From contig OX597829.1 of the NCBI GenBank assembly GCA_951406725.2, forward strand, positions 41,292,001 through 41,356,000: a stretch of 64,000 nt of DNA, read 5' to 3'. The number at the start of each line of letters is the position of its first letter. Positions within the stretch are counted from its first letter, which is position 1. The notes under the pieces are model-generated. The model was not told the origin of the DNA, did no database searches, and saw only the letters and a program-made list of their open reading frames with translations. The DNA comes from Octopus vulgaris. Its lineage: Eukaryota. Position numbers and translations under genes: made by a program. Of the stretch, positions 50,591 to 64,000 are shown in pieces.

Positions 50591-52459
50591 AGAAGGAGGA
50601 AGTGGTGCCACTTAAGATAAGGGGTGTTGGAAAGAGGGTTCGTAATAACAGAGACAGGGATATAGAATGTTTGTGAAGGGGAGGAAAATTGTAAATAACA
50701 TTGACATTATAGATATAAACAAGTCCGATGGCTTGATATACTTTAGCGAAGAAATATCGACAGCTTTTTTTCTATTTTACTTAAACATTTATAAATAGAA
50801 ATTTAAAGAAGAGAAACATAGAGTATGAGACTGTACATAGATATAAAACTTCATATATTGTCATCTTCATGAAAAAAAAGAAAAGGTTTATGTGTTATTG
50901 GTCCGTGCTTTTTCCAAGGACATCCTCGACACAGGTGAATCGAAAGGGTTACATGCAGCGATCGAGAATCAGTTGGAAATACGTTTTCCTAGGATTTAAT
51001 GTCTGTTTTGGAATAGGGATTTACAAACTGAATGCTATTAAATATTCATGTCCTTTCACTTTGGCAAAAAGGACGATTTTAGGGTGTGGGACAAAGGAGA
51101 AGTTACAAGTGCGTGTTTTGTTTCAAGGACATTAAGAGGGTGACGTGTATGTTGAAACGATGAAAGATATGTATGTATGTTTGGTTAAGGCACACGATAA
51201 ATGAACACAGATTACTGGGATTTTACACTTTAATAAAAAAAAAACTGAAAAAAACTAACAGAAGTTTCTAAATAGTCACTCCATATGTTAGAAATAGTAA
51301 CCAAATATTCAAATGACACAACTGGGTCTTTGGAAAGGTACGTTGTAAATATTGCAGCCGTCAATATCAAATAACTAAACAAAAACAAGATAGGACTGGT
51401 CACAGCTGGAATGTTTTTTGATCAGACATGACCTGTGGTTAAACAACAAAGGCAATAACATCAAAATAAAACCGGTTTAATAAGGTCGCAGATGAATAGG
51501 AGAGAACCATGCGGTAAATTTACCACTTATATTAACAACTCGATTAAATTAAACTACAATATTTAACTGGTATTTATTTATTTTATCGCTCTTTGAAATG
51601 AGAAAATGCGACCTTGGGAGGATTTGAACTCGGGATGTTACTAAATATGATTAACCTTACTGACTAGGCTCTAAAATGAATAATGAACTAAAAAGTTTCT
51701 GAGCGAAAAGGGTTTAAAAAATCGGGGAAGTCAGTTTTTATTTAAAATATATTTATGTCTTAATAATTGTAAACAATAAGAGAAAGCGAAGATAGATAAC
51801 ATGTTGAAATATGTGGTTGTATGCGTGTGTTAGTGTATGTATGATTATGTAGCTGCAAAAAGAGCCAAGAAATTCACTTCGCAATCATGTGGTCCTTCGT
51901 TCGACACTACTGAATGTGATATAGGACGAATGTCTTGATTTTAAAGTTACTTAAGTGTTATGGGCTGAAATTAAGTAGATAGAAACTATGTCGAAAGCAC
52001 CTCCGGACGAACTATACCTACAATCTAAAGATCCAACTTTCTCACATATTGTTACGCTGATTTTACGTGGGAATTACATTGAAGATACTTGTGTGTGGAA
52101 TACTCAACTGGTGGCATCATAAATTGATTAGTAGATTGCCTAATGCTCACGGTAGAGGCTGATGCTGGATTCGATTCTTCTCATGCTTTCTCTAAAGACG
52201 GTAGGCTTCACTAAATTTAAAATGCCCTACATACTCCGTATGTTAGAGTAGCGCGGAAAGGCAAGCGAAGGTTTGGGGGAAGATTTGCAGTTATTTCTGA
52301 CCGGTAAAGCGACTACATAGACGTTATTAGTTTGTTTCTCAATAATGACATTGACGGATATCGATAGAGCATCAGACACGATGCCTTACCATATTAAGTT
52401 ATGTCTATTCACGTCTTGTGTCCAAATTCCATCGAAGTCAACTCAACATACACACACAC

Positions 52460-52494
<35 letters not shown>

Positions 52495-52822
52495 CTGTCT
52501 GACTTTCTACCACTGAGCTTGCCTTTTAATTCTAGAAATAAGAAAGTAAAGTATATGCACAATATATCACAGGGATATATATGAGTGCATATACACACAC
52601 ATGTATGTGTGTGTTAATAAATTAATATATACATATATCATCGTCAACATTATTTAACGTCCTCCTTCTATACTGGCATGGGTTGGACAGTTTGACAGAA
52701 GTTAGCTAGGCAGAGGCCTGCGCCATGCTTCCGTGTCTGTTTTGGCATGTTTTTTAAAGCTGGATACCCTTCCAAACGCCAACCACGTTACAGTGTGGAC
52801 TGGGTGTTACATATATATATAT

Positions 52823-54463
52823 ATCATCATCATCATCAACATCGTTTAACGTCCACTTTCCATGCTAGCATGGGTTGGCCGATTTGACTGAGGACTGGCG
52901 AACCAGATGGCTGCGCCATGTTCCAATCTAATATGGCAGAGTTTCTACAGCTGGATGCCCTTCCTAACGCCAACCACTCCGAGAGTGTAGTGGGTGCTTT
53001 TATGTGCCACCGGCACGAGGGTCAGTCTGGCGGTACTGGCAACGGCTACGCTCGAAAATGGTGCTTTTTACGCGCCACCTGCACAGGTGTCAGTCCAGCA
53101 GCACTAGCAACGACCTCGCTCGAATGTTTTGTTCACGTGCCAGTGAGGTGATGCTGACAACAATCACGCTCAAATGGTGCTCTTTACGTGCCAGACAGCT
53201 GCACTGGCAGTGATCCCGCTTGGATGGAGCTGTTAGCGCTCCACTGGCATGGGTGTCAGTCATCGAATTTGGTTTAGTTTCGATTTCACCTGCCCCAACA
53301 GGTCTTCGCAAGCAGAGTTTAGTGTCCAATGAAGGGAGGTTGGCATGGGTGCCAGTTGACGAATTTGGTTCAATTTCGATTTCACTTGCCTCAACAGGTC
53401 TTCACAAGCAGAGTTTTGTATCCAAAAAAGGAAAGGTATGCATATGTGGGCTGGGTACATCCTGGTAAAGGCCATGGGTTATGGTCTCACTTGTCCTGCT
53501 GGGTCTTCTCACGCACAGCATACTTCCAAAGGTCTTGGTCGCTAGTCATTGCTTTGGTGAGACCCAATGTTCAAAGATCATGCTTCACCACCTCATCCCA
53601 GGTTTTCCTGGGTTTACCTCTTCCACAGGTTCCCTCAACTGCTAGGGTGTTCACTTTTTCACACAACTATCTTCATCCATTCTCGCCACGTGACCATACC
53701 AGCGTAGTCATCTCTCTTGCACACCACATCTGATGCTTCTTAGGTCCAACTTTTCTCTCAAGGTACTTACACTTTGTCAAGTATGTACACTGACATTACA
53801 CATCCATTGGAACATACTGGCTTCATTCCTTGCAAGCTTACGCATGTCTTCAGCAGTCATGGCCCATGTTTCACTGCCATGTAGCATGGCTGTTCGTACA
53901 CATGCGTCATACAGTCTGCCTTTTACTCTGAGCGAGAGGCCCTTTGTCACCAGCAGAGGTAAGAGCTCTCTGAACTTTGCCCAGGCTATTCTTATTCTAG
54001 CAGTTACACTTTCAGCACACCCGCCCCCACTACTGACTTGGTCACCTAAGTAATGGAAGCTGACAACTACTTCTAGTTTTTCTCCCTGGAATGTGGCGGA
54101 AGTTGTTCTCTGCACATTTTCAATGTTTATTGCATACAAAAACTATCTTCCTAGTTAGTCTTCCTTTGATATTGCTGCACCTCTTGTGTGCCCATAGCTT
54201 ACACTGGGTACATCTTATAGAGTTTCTACCTATGCCTTTTCTACAGATCGAGTAGGGCCATCTACCTGAAGGCGTTTGTGGTTTGTCTACCTTCCTACTT
54301 ATGACTTTGGTTTTACCTAAGTTGACTCTAAGGCCCTTCGATTCAAATCCTTGCTACCACACCTGAAACTTTCCCTCTAGTTCTGATAGTGACTCAGCAA
54401 TTAGAGCAAGGTCATCAGCATAGAGGGGCTCCCAGGGACATCCTGTCCTGAATTCCTCCATTG
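52823..54463 (-). mobile_element. 5'-truncated RTE-clade LINE (RT C-terminal part with PHD-like insert, 3' UTR, (GAT)n tail); decayed
   Basis: EEFRTGCPWEPLYADDLALIAES...KGLRVNLGKTKV...FHYLGD...RIRIAWAKFRELLPLL...LHGSETW; contains stops and frameshifts. Confidence 0.92.
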
Positions 54464-54487
54464 ATATATATATATATATATATATTT

Positions 54488-55023
54488 GGTACGTAAAAAG
54501 CACTATCCGACTCGTGGCCGATGCCAGCGCCGCCTCCACTGGCTTCCGTGCCGGTGGCACGTAAAATACACCAATCTGACCGTACGACAGGCACCCATGC
54601 CAACCCCCTTGCTTGCGAAGACATGTTGGGGCAAGCGAAATCAAAATCGAATTGAACCAGCCAGGATCCCTGGTCTGGTGGTACGTAAAAAGCACTATCC
54701 GACTTGTGGCGTAAAAAGCACTATCCGACTCGTGGCCGATGCCAGCTCCGCCTCGTCTGGCTTCCGTTCCGGTGGCACATAAAATACACCAATCTGACCG
54801 TGGCCATTGCCAGCCTCGCCTGGCACCTGTGCAGGTGGCACGTAAAAAGCACCCACTACACTCACGGAGTGGTTGGCGTTAGGAAGGGCATCCAGCTGTA
54901 GAAACACTGCCAGATAAGACTGGAGCCTGGTGCAGCCTTCTGGCTTCCCAGATCCCCGGTCGAACCGTCCAACCCATGCTAGCATGGAGAACGGACGTTA
55001 AACGATGATGATGATGATGATGA
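54488..55023 (+). mobile_element. RTE 3' UTR fragment, head-to-head with the previous element across a (TA)n tract
   Basis: GGCACGTAAAAAGCAC units, GGAAGGGCATCCAGCTGTAGAAAC core, (GAT)n tail. Confidence 0.85.
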
Positions 55024-55059
55024 TATAATTTTTTGTAAGCCTAGTACTTGTGCTGGAAG

Positions 55060-55412
55060 CTCCAATATGAACATTTCAGAGTGTTTGGGTGTCAATCTGA
55101 AGACATGTCCCAAGAGTGATAAAAACCAAACATCCAGTCAGCATCATGGTGTTTGGAGTGATCACTAGTGATGGTGACGATATGCCTCCATTTATCTTCC
55201 CACACGGCCTCACACTCAACACAGCGGCCTACATCAAGTGCCTGGAAGAAGTAGTGCTGCCCTGGGTCAAGAGGGTGGCAGCTGGAAGACCCTATGTCTA
55301 GCAACAGGACTCTGCACCATGCCATAAAAGCAGGAGAACCCAGTTGTGGCTGTTAGACAATTTCTGTGAATACATCACCCCCTAACATCTGGCCACCTAA
55401 TTCCTCAGACAG
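55060..55412 (+). mobile_element. Tc1/mariner-family (maT-like) transposase fragment, pseudogenised
   Basis: KHPVSIMVFGVITSDG...YIKCLEEVVLPW...*QQDSAPCH...WPPNS; contains a stop and a frameshift. Confidence 0.85.
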
Positions 55413-56477
55413 TTATGTGAAAATTGTATTTAAGTACTATTGCACTATTTTTTCCATCTTATGTGCTCACCTGTGTGTGTGTGTGCATATATATATATAT
55501 GTAACAATAATTATTTGAGGGAATATTATTCCTAACTTACAGGGAAAAATTCAATTTAGGAATACTAAATCAAATTTCACAAAATATAATATATATATAA
55601 AAATTAGAAAAAAACCACCTTTTATCAATTCAAAATGAACAATTAAATTACACCATCTAGAAAATTACATATAATAGAAATATTAAAATTAAAATAACAA
55701 TGATATACCGATAATTAAGTAAATTGCAAAATGATAATAAAAACATATTATATATACCAAATATATACGTTTTTATTATTATTTTGCAATTTACTTAATT
55801 ATCGGTATATTATTGCTATTTTAATTTTAATATTTCTATTACATGTAATTTTCTAGATGGTGTAATTTAATTGTTCATTTTGAATTGATAAAAGGTTGTT
55901 TATTTTCTAATTTATATATATATATTTATACACACATATGTATGTATGTATATGTATATATGGAAGACAGAAACAAGTGGAAGCATGTGGCTTAGTGGTT
56001 AGAGTGTTGGACTCATGATTGTATCGTTGTCCTGGACAAGGCAGCACATTATGCTCTTGAGCAAAACATTTCATTCCACATTGTTCCAGTCCACACAGCT
56101 GACAAAAATGAGTAAACCTGTGATGGACTGGCATCCTGTCAAAGAAGAGTGTATATATATATATGTATATATATAAAATCAAATAAGGGTAGAAATTGAT
56201 ATTAATCAATTAAAACCAGTGGCCTAGCATTCAAAGATTAAACATTTTTTTACATACAAAATTTAGAGGACTGACCACTAAAAGTGGACAGCCTTTATGC
56301 TAGATATAGACGTCAAAATTGCCATTTTCCCACAAAGAATGTGTTCTCAAGAAAAAAACTCGGCAAAAAACCAAAGTGTAATAATAAGCAAGACAAATGA
56401 AAATATTTTGACGTCTATATCTAGCATAAAGGCTGTCCACTTTTAGTGGTCAGTCCTCTAACATTTGTATATATATA

Positions 56478-57105
56478 TACAAAATAAGAAAATGGAAGAA
56501 TAGATTCCTTTCAATCATCAACTTACAGATAATACCAATTCATATACTTTATTAACTAATTAAAAAGGAACATCCAAATCCAACAGAATAAAACAGAGTA
56601 AAACAATATACATCAATAAATAAGATAATACCATAAAAATAATACATATAAAATGGATCTTACAGCTGTTTCAGCCTGTAGATAAGGATACATATTCTTG
56701 TGTATGTGTACTTTGTTTCATATTTATATTTGCATTTTATATCTTCATTTTATATCTTCATAATTGTACTTTATAATCTCTGATGAGGCCTTGAGATATA
56801 TATTATTGATGTATATTGTTTTACTCTGTTTTATTGGATGTTCCTATTTAATTAGTTAATAAATTATATGAATTGGTATTATCTGTAAGTTGATGACTGA
56901 AAGGAATCTATTCCTCCATTTTCTTATTTTGTATTATGAACTTGAGGTAAAACATTTTACCTTCGCCCATATAATACAATAAATGAACAAATTGCATTGC
57001 AGTTGTAAGCATTTATGTATTAGCCTTTTGGGTACTTCACTGGCAGTATATTGGATAAATGATATCCCATAGTGGGTTACACTCATAACCCCTATCTCAC
57101 TTTGT
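56478..57105. repeat. Penelope-like remnant with inverted head; homologous to 4000-4280
   Basis: 56478-56620 inverted relative to 56805-56935; hammerhead half-motifs CTGATGAGGCCT (+) and AGGCTGAAACAGCTGTAAG (-). Confidence 0.65.
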
Positions 57106-57440
57106 ACTTTTATATATATATATATCACCGTGACCGACCAGGCAATCAGATGTTGCTACACATCGCTGGTCACAATGCGCTTCGCATTGTTTTAGCCTTC
57201 AAATTGTTTTAGCCTTCAAATGACGCCACCCTGCTGGCTAGGCGAGCAGGCCAACAGAAGAAAGAGTGAGAGAAAGTTGTGGCGAAAGAGTACAGCAGGG
57301 ATCGCCACCACCCCCTGCCGGAGCCTCGTGGAGTTTTAGGTGTTTTCGCTCAATAAACACTCACAACGACCGGTCTGGGAATCGAAACCGTGATCCTACG
57401 ACCGCGAGTCCGCTGCACTAACCACTTGGCCATTGCACCT

Positions 57441-57498
<58 letters not shown>

Positions 57499-58583
57499 CA
57501 TCATCATCATCATCATTGTTTGACTTTAATCTTCCGTGCATGCATGGGTAGGACGGTTGACAGGAGCCGGCCACCTAGAAAAACTACCCTAGGCAACTGT
57601 GTCTGTTTTGGCAGGGATTTTACAGCTGGATCCTAACACCAACAACTCCACAGAGTAGGCTCAGTGCTTTTTACATGACACTAGCACAGATGAGGTTAGT
57701 TTTGGCATGATTTTTACAGCTGGATGCTCTTCCAAATGCCAACCATATTACAGTGTAAAGTGGATGCTTTTAACGTGGCACTCTCTAGGATGTAAATGGA
57801 TTTATGGTCAATTTTGTGATTTAATTGTAAAATATGAATGAAAGTAGGAATTGAAACATGAGTAGGTGACATGGAAATGACTCTCTTTACTCTTTTTTCT
57901 CTTTTTACTTGTTTCAGTCATTTGACTGTGGCCATGCTGGAGCACCACCTTTAGTCGAGCAAATCGACCCCGGGACTTATTCTTTGTAAGCCCAGTACTT
58001 ATTCTATCGGTTTCTTTTGCCGAACCGCTAAATGACGGGGACGTAAACACACCAGCATCGGTTGTCAAGCAATGCTAGGGGAACAAACACAGACACACAA
58101 ACATATTCACACACACTTATATATATATACATATATACGACAGGCTTCTTTCAGTTTCCATCTACCAAATCCACTCACAAGGCATTGGTCGGCCCGGGGG
58201 CTATAGCAGAAGACACTTGCCCAAGATGCCACGCAGTGGGACTGAACCCGGAATCATGTGGTTGGTTAGCAAGCTACTTACCAAACAGCCACTCCTGCGC
58301 CTATTATTAAATAAATTGATTTTTTTCTGTGTTCACACTCTCCATTTTCTTTATATTATATTATTAAAATTCTGTTCTCCTATTTTGGATAGATGAAAAT
58401 ATCTATTGCAACAACTTGAACTTCATACGTTTTAAGTACTGAGGTTGAAGGAAAACCATCGATAAACACCAATACTAACACAAATTAACAAATTCCAGGA
58501 AAATTAATCGATGTAGAGCTAAACAGGTGTACGCTTTGATGAAATGCATCCCTGTTGAAAGAACAACCTCTTTCCATTTGAAA

Positions 58584-58625
<42 letters not shown>

Positions 58626-58628
<3 letters not shown>

Positions 58629-58983
58629 ATGGAACCTACACTCGCCTCCTTATGAGAGCTCAAAATCTCTCGTGGAAGCGTCATCCAACCAAAGTACAAA
58701 TATATGGGAAATTACCACCTGTATCATCTCTTGTGAAAGGTAGGAGAGTCCAGTTTGCTGGACATTGTTGTAGAGCTGAAAATGAGGTAATTTCTACTCT
58801 TCCCCTCTGGAAGCCATCTACTCGCAATGCTAGAGGGCGCACACTCTCCTACCCTGATGTAATCTTCAGGGATACAGGCATCCAGCAACAGGACCTCCAT
58901 AATGCCATGATGGACCGTGAAGTCTGGCGTAGCATGGTAAATCCCATTGTCTCGACCACGGTCGAACAATGATGATGATGATG
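58626..58983 (+). mobile_element. RTE 3' fragment (same family as 23238-23387)
   Basis: DGTYTRLLMRAQNLSWKRH...QFAGHC...AMMDREVWR; (GAT)n tail. Confidence 0.88.
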
Positions 58984-59886
58984 ATATATATATGGGCTGA
59001 GGATAATAATATGCAGTTTAATGCTGAAAAATTCCAAGCCCTGCGCTACCAGCATCCAAAACTGAATATGAAACTTACAGGGTACACCAGTCAACAGGGA
59101 ATTTCAATCCCAGAGCCTAAGGTCAGTGAGGGACCTGGGTATCAATTGATGATACCTCTTTCCAAGTGCACATTACCAGGATGGCGACAAAGTGCAGACG
59201 ACTGACTGGATGGATCCTAAGAATATTCAGAACCAGAGATAAGGAATCCATGATGGTCCTCTGGTGGACATATGTCCTCAGTTGCCTGGATTACTGCTCA
59301 CAGCTATGGTCACCCACCAGTGTGAAATTAACAGTGGAACTAGAAGCAATACAGAGAAGATTCACAAAGAAGATCGTCTCTTTGCAACAGCTCAGCTGCT
59401 GGGAAAGGTTGAAACAGTTAAGACTCTACTCCCTGGAGAGAAGATGGGAGAGGTATGCAGTAATATATATATCTGGAAGATCCTGGAAGGAATTGTGCCA
59501 AATTTTGGCATTGAAAGCCATGAAAGCCAATGCCAGAACAGGACAACACTGCATATTGCCAAAGGTCCCAGCAATGCCATCACACTTCAGGACCAGTTAC
59601 TGCAACAGCCTGGGTTTCAAGAGCCCACAGCTTTTTAATATTCTCCCAAAGAGTCTGAGGAACTTGCACAAAGTAGATGTAGGGGTTTTTAAATCAAAGC
59701 TGAACCTCTTCCTGTTGGGAGTCCCAGATGAACCTACCTCACGGCAAGATGTGCAAATGAGGGTATCTATATCAAACTTCATGCATCACAAAATGCTACA
59801 TATTAGAGTAGGCTCTTAGTAATAACAGTGTAGCAAAACGGAAGTGCATCAGCATGGCCACAGCTCTGAGCTGAAACTAAAAAGAA
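58984..59886 (+). mobile_element. CR1/L2-group LINE 3' fragment; candidate partner of SINE family C
   Basis: WAEDNNMQFNAEKF...LDYCSQLWSP...LEAIQRRFTK...WERLKQLRLYSLERR...LFNILP; 3' end CAGCATGGCCACAGCTCTGAGCTGAAAC. Confidence 0.9.
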
Positions 59887-59904
59887 TATATATATATATA
59901 TATA

Positions 59905-61165
59905 TAAATTAAAGAAAAACCACTATTATGCAATTCAAACAATGATAGACATAAACCAAATCATAAATAAAAATAAAATATATTTTTATAAAACATATAA
60001 CTAAATCACAAAATGTATAAAAATGAATAATCAATATACAATAAGTAAAAAAAACTAAGTTTCATGGCTATAATTAAATTCGAATTACAATTAAATTTAA
60101 ATTTAATCAAAAATCAATTCAATTTAAAATTATAGTCACTCTTCAGGTTAACAATAATAGCTAAATAAATAAGCAAATAGAGTTAAACAATATTTATTAA
60201 AAAAATAAAATAATGAATTTTTATTATACAAGAAACACCATTAACTAAATTTGAAACTTAAAATATGAGGATCAGTTGCCTACGATACATTTTTTATGTT
60301 AAATATTTAAGGTAAAAAAATAGAGTAAATAGAAAAATGTATTTATCTGTGAAGATATAATTTAGCTTAATAAAAAACATTAATAAGCTATAGAATATCT
60401 TTAACCTGGTAATACTCTAATATTTAATTATCAAACTATTTTACAAAACAATCACTATTAATTTTTTTAGATTTTAGTTCATATATAATAATTATAAAAT
60501 AATAAATATATAAAAATAAGTATCTAAATTATAATCAACATATACAGTAATTAAAAATCTATATTTTTTATCAATAAATATATAAACAATAAATAAATTA
60601 GTCCATTATTACTTACATAAATATTATAGATATCTTTTGAAAATATTTATGAAATTAAAAAAATAAGAATTGAAAAATTCCAAAGTAAAAACGTATAACT
60701 TATCTTTATAAAATACTTATTATTACTATTATTATTAAATGTAATAGTACCAGAAATATAATAAGAAACTTTTAGTTAAATTAAAACATTTTTACAATCT
60801 AGATCCCAAAGTGACTAACTAATATTTTAAAATATTAGAGTGACTATAATTTTAAATTGAATTGATTTTTTATTAAATTTAAATTTAATTGTAATTTGAA
60901 TTTAATTATAGCCATGAAACTTACATAGTCTTTTTTACTTATTATATATTGATTTTTCATTTTTATACTTTTTGTAATCTAGTTATTTGTTTTATAAAAA
61001 TATTTTTTTTTTATTTATGATTTGGTTTATGTCTATCATTGTTTGAATTGCATAACAGTGGTTTTTTTCTCTAATTTATTATATTATATATTTATATTGT
61101 GAAATTTGATTTAATACTAAATTGAATTTTTCCCTGTAAATTTGGAGTTATACTCCCTAATATTA
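59905..61165. repeat. AT-rich Penelope-like remnant with ~240-bp inverted arms; related sequence at 4512-4751, 55505-55920, 62385-64000
   Basis: 59905-60143 inverted relative to 60838-61080; shared motif ACTTACAGGGAAAAATTCAATTTAG. Confidence 0.65.
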
Positions 61166-61281
61166 TATATATATATATATATAGCAAGAAGAAATGGAGG
61201 GGATCCAGAGGTGATATGCATCAACTGTTAGACATTATAATATCTATTTATGCATTTTAAACAATTATGAGAATATATATA

Positions 61282-61374
61282 CATAGATCAGATGCAACAA
61301 TTAGACAAATTACAGAAGCTACACACATAATAGAAAATAAACCTAGCCTGAATAGAAAACTGAATGAGCACTAA
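61282..61374 (+). mobile_element. Penelope-like GIY-YIG endonuclease C-terminal remnant
   Basis: HRSDATIRQITEATHIIENKPSLNRK resembles the R..TEA..I....P.LN end of PLE endonucleases. Confidence 0.6.
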
Positions 61375-61450
61375 CACACACCACAACGATGACGATAGAG
61401 GATCCTGAAAACATAATAAATACACAGATAAATAAACTAATAGAAATAAA

Positions 61451-61545
<95 letters not shown>

Positions 61546-62276
61546 TTATTTTTTTATAAATTTTTTTTTCGATTCGATTTATTATTGTTATTACTAGTAT
61601 TGTTTTTATACATACAAGCATATGTAATGACAATAATAAGTGGATGTAAACACATGAACAAAATAAGAATAAACAAAAACAACAAAAACAAAATACAAAT
61701 TACATGAACATATATAAACAGAAGATACAAATATTACAGGCATCCCCCCACATACACACACTAAATAAACATAAACGCACATAGAGATATAAGCATGCAC
61801 AAATGATGACATACAATAGAAATACAAAATGGCTGATGGTTAGTAAGGAGAGACACAAATAAGAAAGAAGAAAACAAAGGACCACTGATGCGGTTACAGG
61901 AGTGTGATGAAAGAACTCTGGCTGAAATAAGATTAAGATTAATGTAAAAAATAAATAACACTGAAGCAAAATAACACCAAATATATAGTGCGTGTGTTTT
62001 TATTGGCTAAACTGGCAAAATGACCATTCCGAAATATAACAATATGTAAAGATTGTGTTTTACATATATAAAGTACCAGTAATTTCTAGAATAGAGAAAG
62101 AACTAGTACTTTATATATGTAAAGCACAATCTTTACACTTGTATATATATTCTCATATTTGTTTAAAATACATAAATAGATATTATAATGTCTAACAGTT
62201 GATGTATAACACCTCTGAATCCCCTCTATTTTCTTCTTGCTGTATATATGCATATATATATATATCATCATCATTG

Positions 62277-62395
<119 letters not shown>

Positions 62396-62449
62396 CCAAA
62401 CTTACAGGGAAAAATTCAATTTAGAAATACTAAATCAAATTTCACAAAA

Positions 62450-62482
<33 letters not shown>

Positions 62483-64000
62483 AATTAAATTTAAAAAACC
62501 CACCTTTTATCAATTCAATAATGAAAAATTAAATTATGATATTTAGAAAAACTACATCTTATAGAATGGTTAAATATAAGATAAAACATATAACAATGAT
62601 TAAGTAATGTGCAAAATAATAAATAAAACATATATATTTGGTAGAATAACGACACATATTTTGTGGCTATATTTAAGAAATGATAGTAGCAAAATCCCTT
62701 CAATATAAATATAGTCACTCTTCAGGTTAAAGATAAAAACAATAAAATAATTAATTAGATAAATTAATAAATATACGTATATAATCTTGTAAAATGCAAC
62801 ATATCTTAACAAATATATTCTTGTGTAAATAAAAAAATAGAATAAAAAGTTATAAATATTTATTATATCTATAAAAATAAAATTTTAACATATATAAGAA
62901 AAGAATAATAAACTATAATATATCATTATTATTAGGAAATAAAATGCAATTAATTAGAATATTTAAAACAGACAATATATATATATATATATATAAAATA
63001 CAAAATATACATTAAGTGAAAACTAAATACTATAATTTAATCTATATACATTAAATTAAATTATTAATTAATTAATCAATTTAATAAACATCTAAGTAAA
63101 ATCTTATACTCATTGAGTAATTTATATTAAAAAACAAAACTTAATGTTAAGTAATATACATAATGCTAGTACAATCTGTAAATATTAGAATTAAAAATAG
63201 GAAATGTTTCAAATATATACACACCTATTATATAAACTAACGATATTATTAATGTATTTATAGTATCTATAGATTTAATATTTTACTCAGTTATATAGTT
63301 GACCAAAATATCAATTGATATTAAACTTATTTACTTAAATGTAATACTATGTAATAAATAGACTACCTAACTATCAAATAATATATTGTCTTACAAAACT
63401 ATTTCTCAATTTAAATTATATGTAATATGTTAAATCACATTATAAAAATAATAATAAACATAATAAATGAATAGATATAGATATCATAACTAATAATTAT
63501 CAAGAAATTATATATAAATTAATATTTTAGCAACAATAATAATAATAATCAAACATTATACAATTCAAAGGTTAAATAATATTGTTAAATAAAAAACGTT
63601 ACTTAGCTTATCGATGAATATTATATAACTGAATTTTAAATGTAAAAATGTAGGTCTTAGTGTGAAGACGTGTAAAAAAATAGAATAAAATTATCAATGA
63701 AAATGATGAAAAATATTTATTAATGAAAAAGATGAAAAATATTTAAGCTTCAAGAATTAAAGAAAAATAGAGTAATGAAAGAAACTATAAATGACTATTT
63801 ACTATAAATTAAATTTCAAATAAATATTATGTAAAATATACATATAATATTAAATTATTTATATTACTATAACTAATAGGTCTTAATAAAATTATATATA
63901 ATCATTTATGTATTAAGAAATATCTAAGTTTAAAATTATTCAAATATATTAATATAACACGTAATAATATCATAAATTATACACTAATACTACTAAATTA

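Noticed and set aside
50869-51135. Possible divergent gene upstream of NipSnap (88-aa ORF)
   Set aside because: No recognisable homology or convincing exon structure.

Overview
AT-rich, microsatellite-dense eukaryotic DNA. The repeat content (tRNA-derived SINEs, RTE/CR1 LINE fragments, Penelope-like remnants, Helitrons, (TA)n/(CA)n arrays) suggests an octopus or other coleoid cephalopod; this is an inference. One host gene could be read by hand: a minus-strand NipSnap (NIPSNAP1/2-like, mitochondrial) gene with its ATG at 50324. Coding exons 1-9 run to the left edge of the window, all with GT-AG sites and compatible phases; the last exon lies beyond the window. Almost all ORFs in the supplied track are repeat artefacts. 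The main finding is that exon 8 is present twice (8a 9642-9736, 8b 452-537), with identical phases and diverged protein sequence. Including both or neither gives a premature stop, which points to mutually exclusive splicing. Candidate RBFOX/QKI motifs and an intronic copy of exon-8 sequence lie nearby. Also seen: a full-length U6 snRNA fused to an RTE-LINE 3' tail in intron 3, Penelope-type hammerhead ribozyme motifs, a twin-primed RTE insertion, a bipartite RTE derivative, a SINE/LINE pair sharing a 3' stem-loop, and many long inverted repeats. Repeat boundaries are approximate and no database searches were run.
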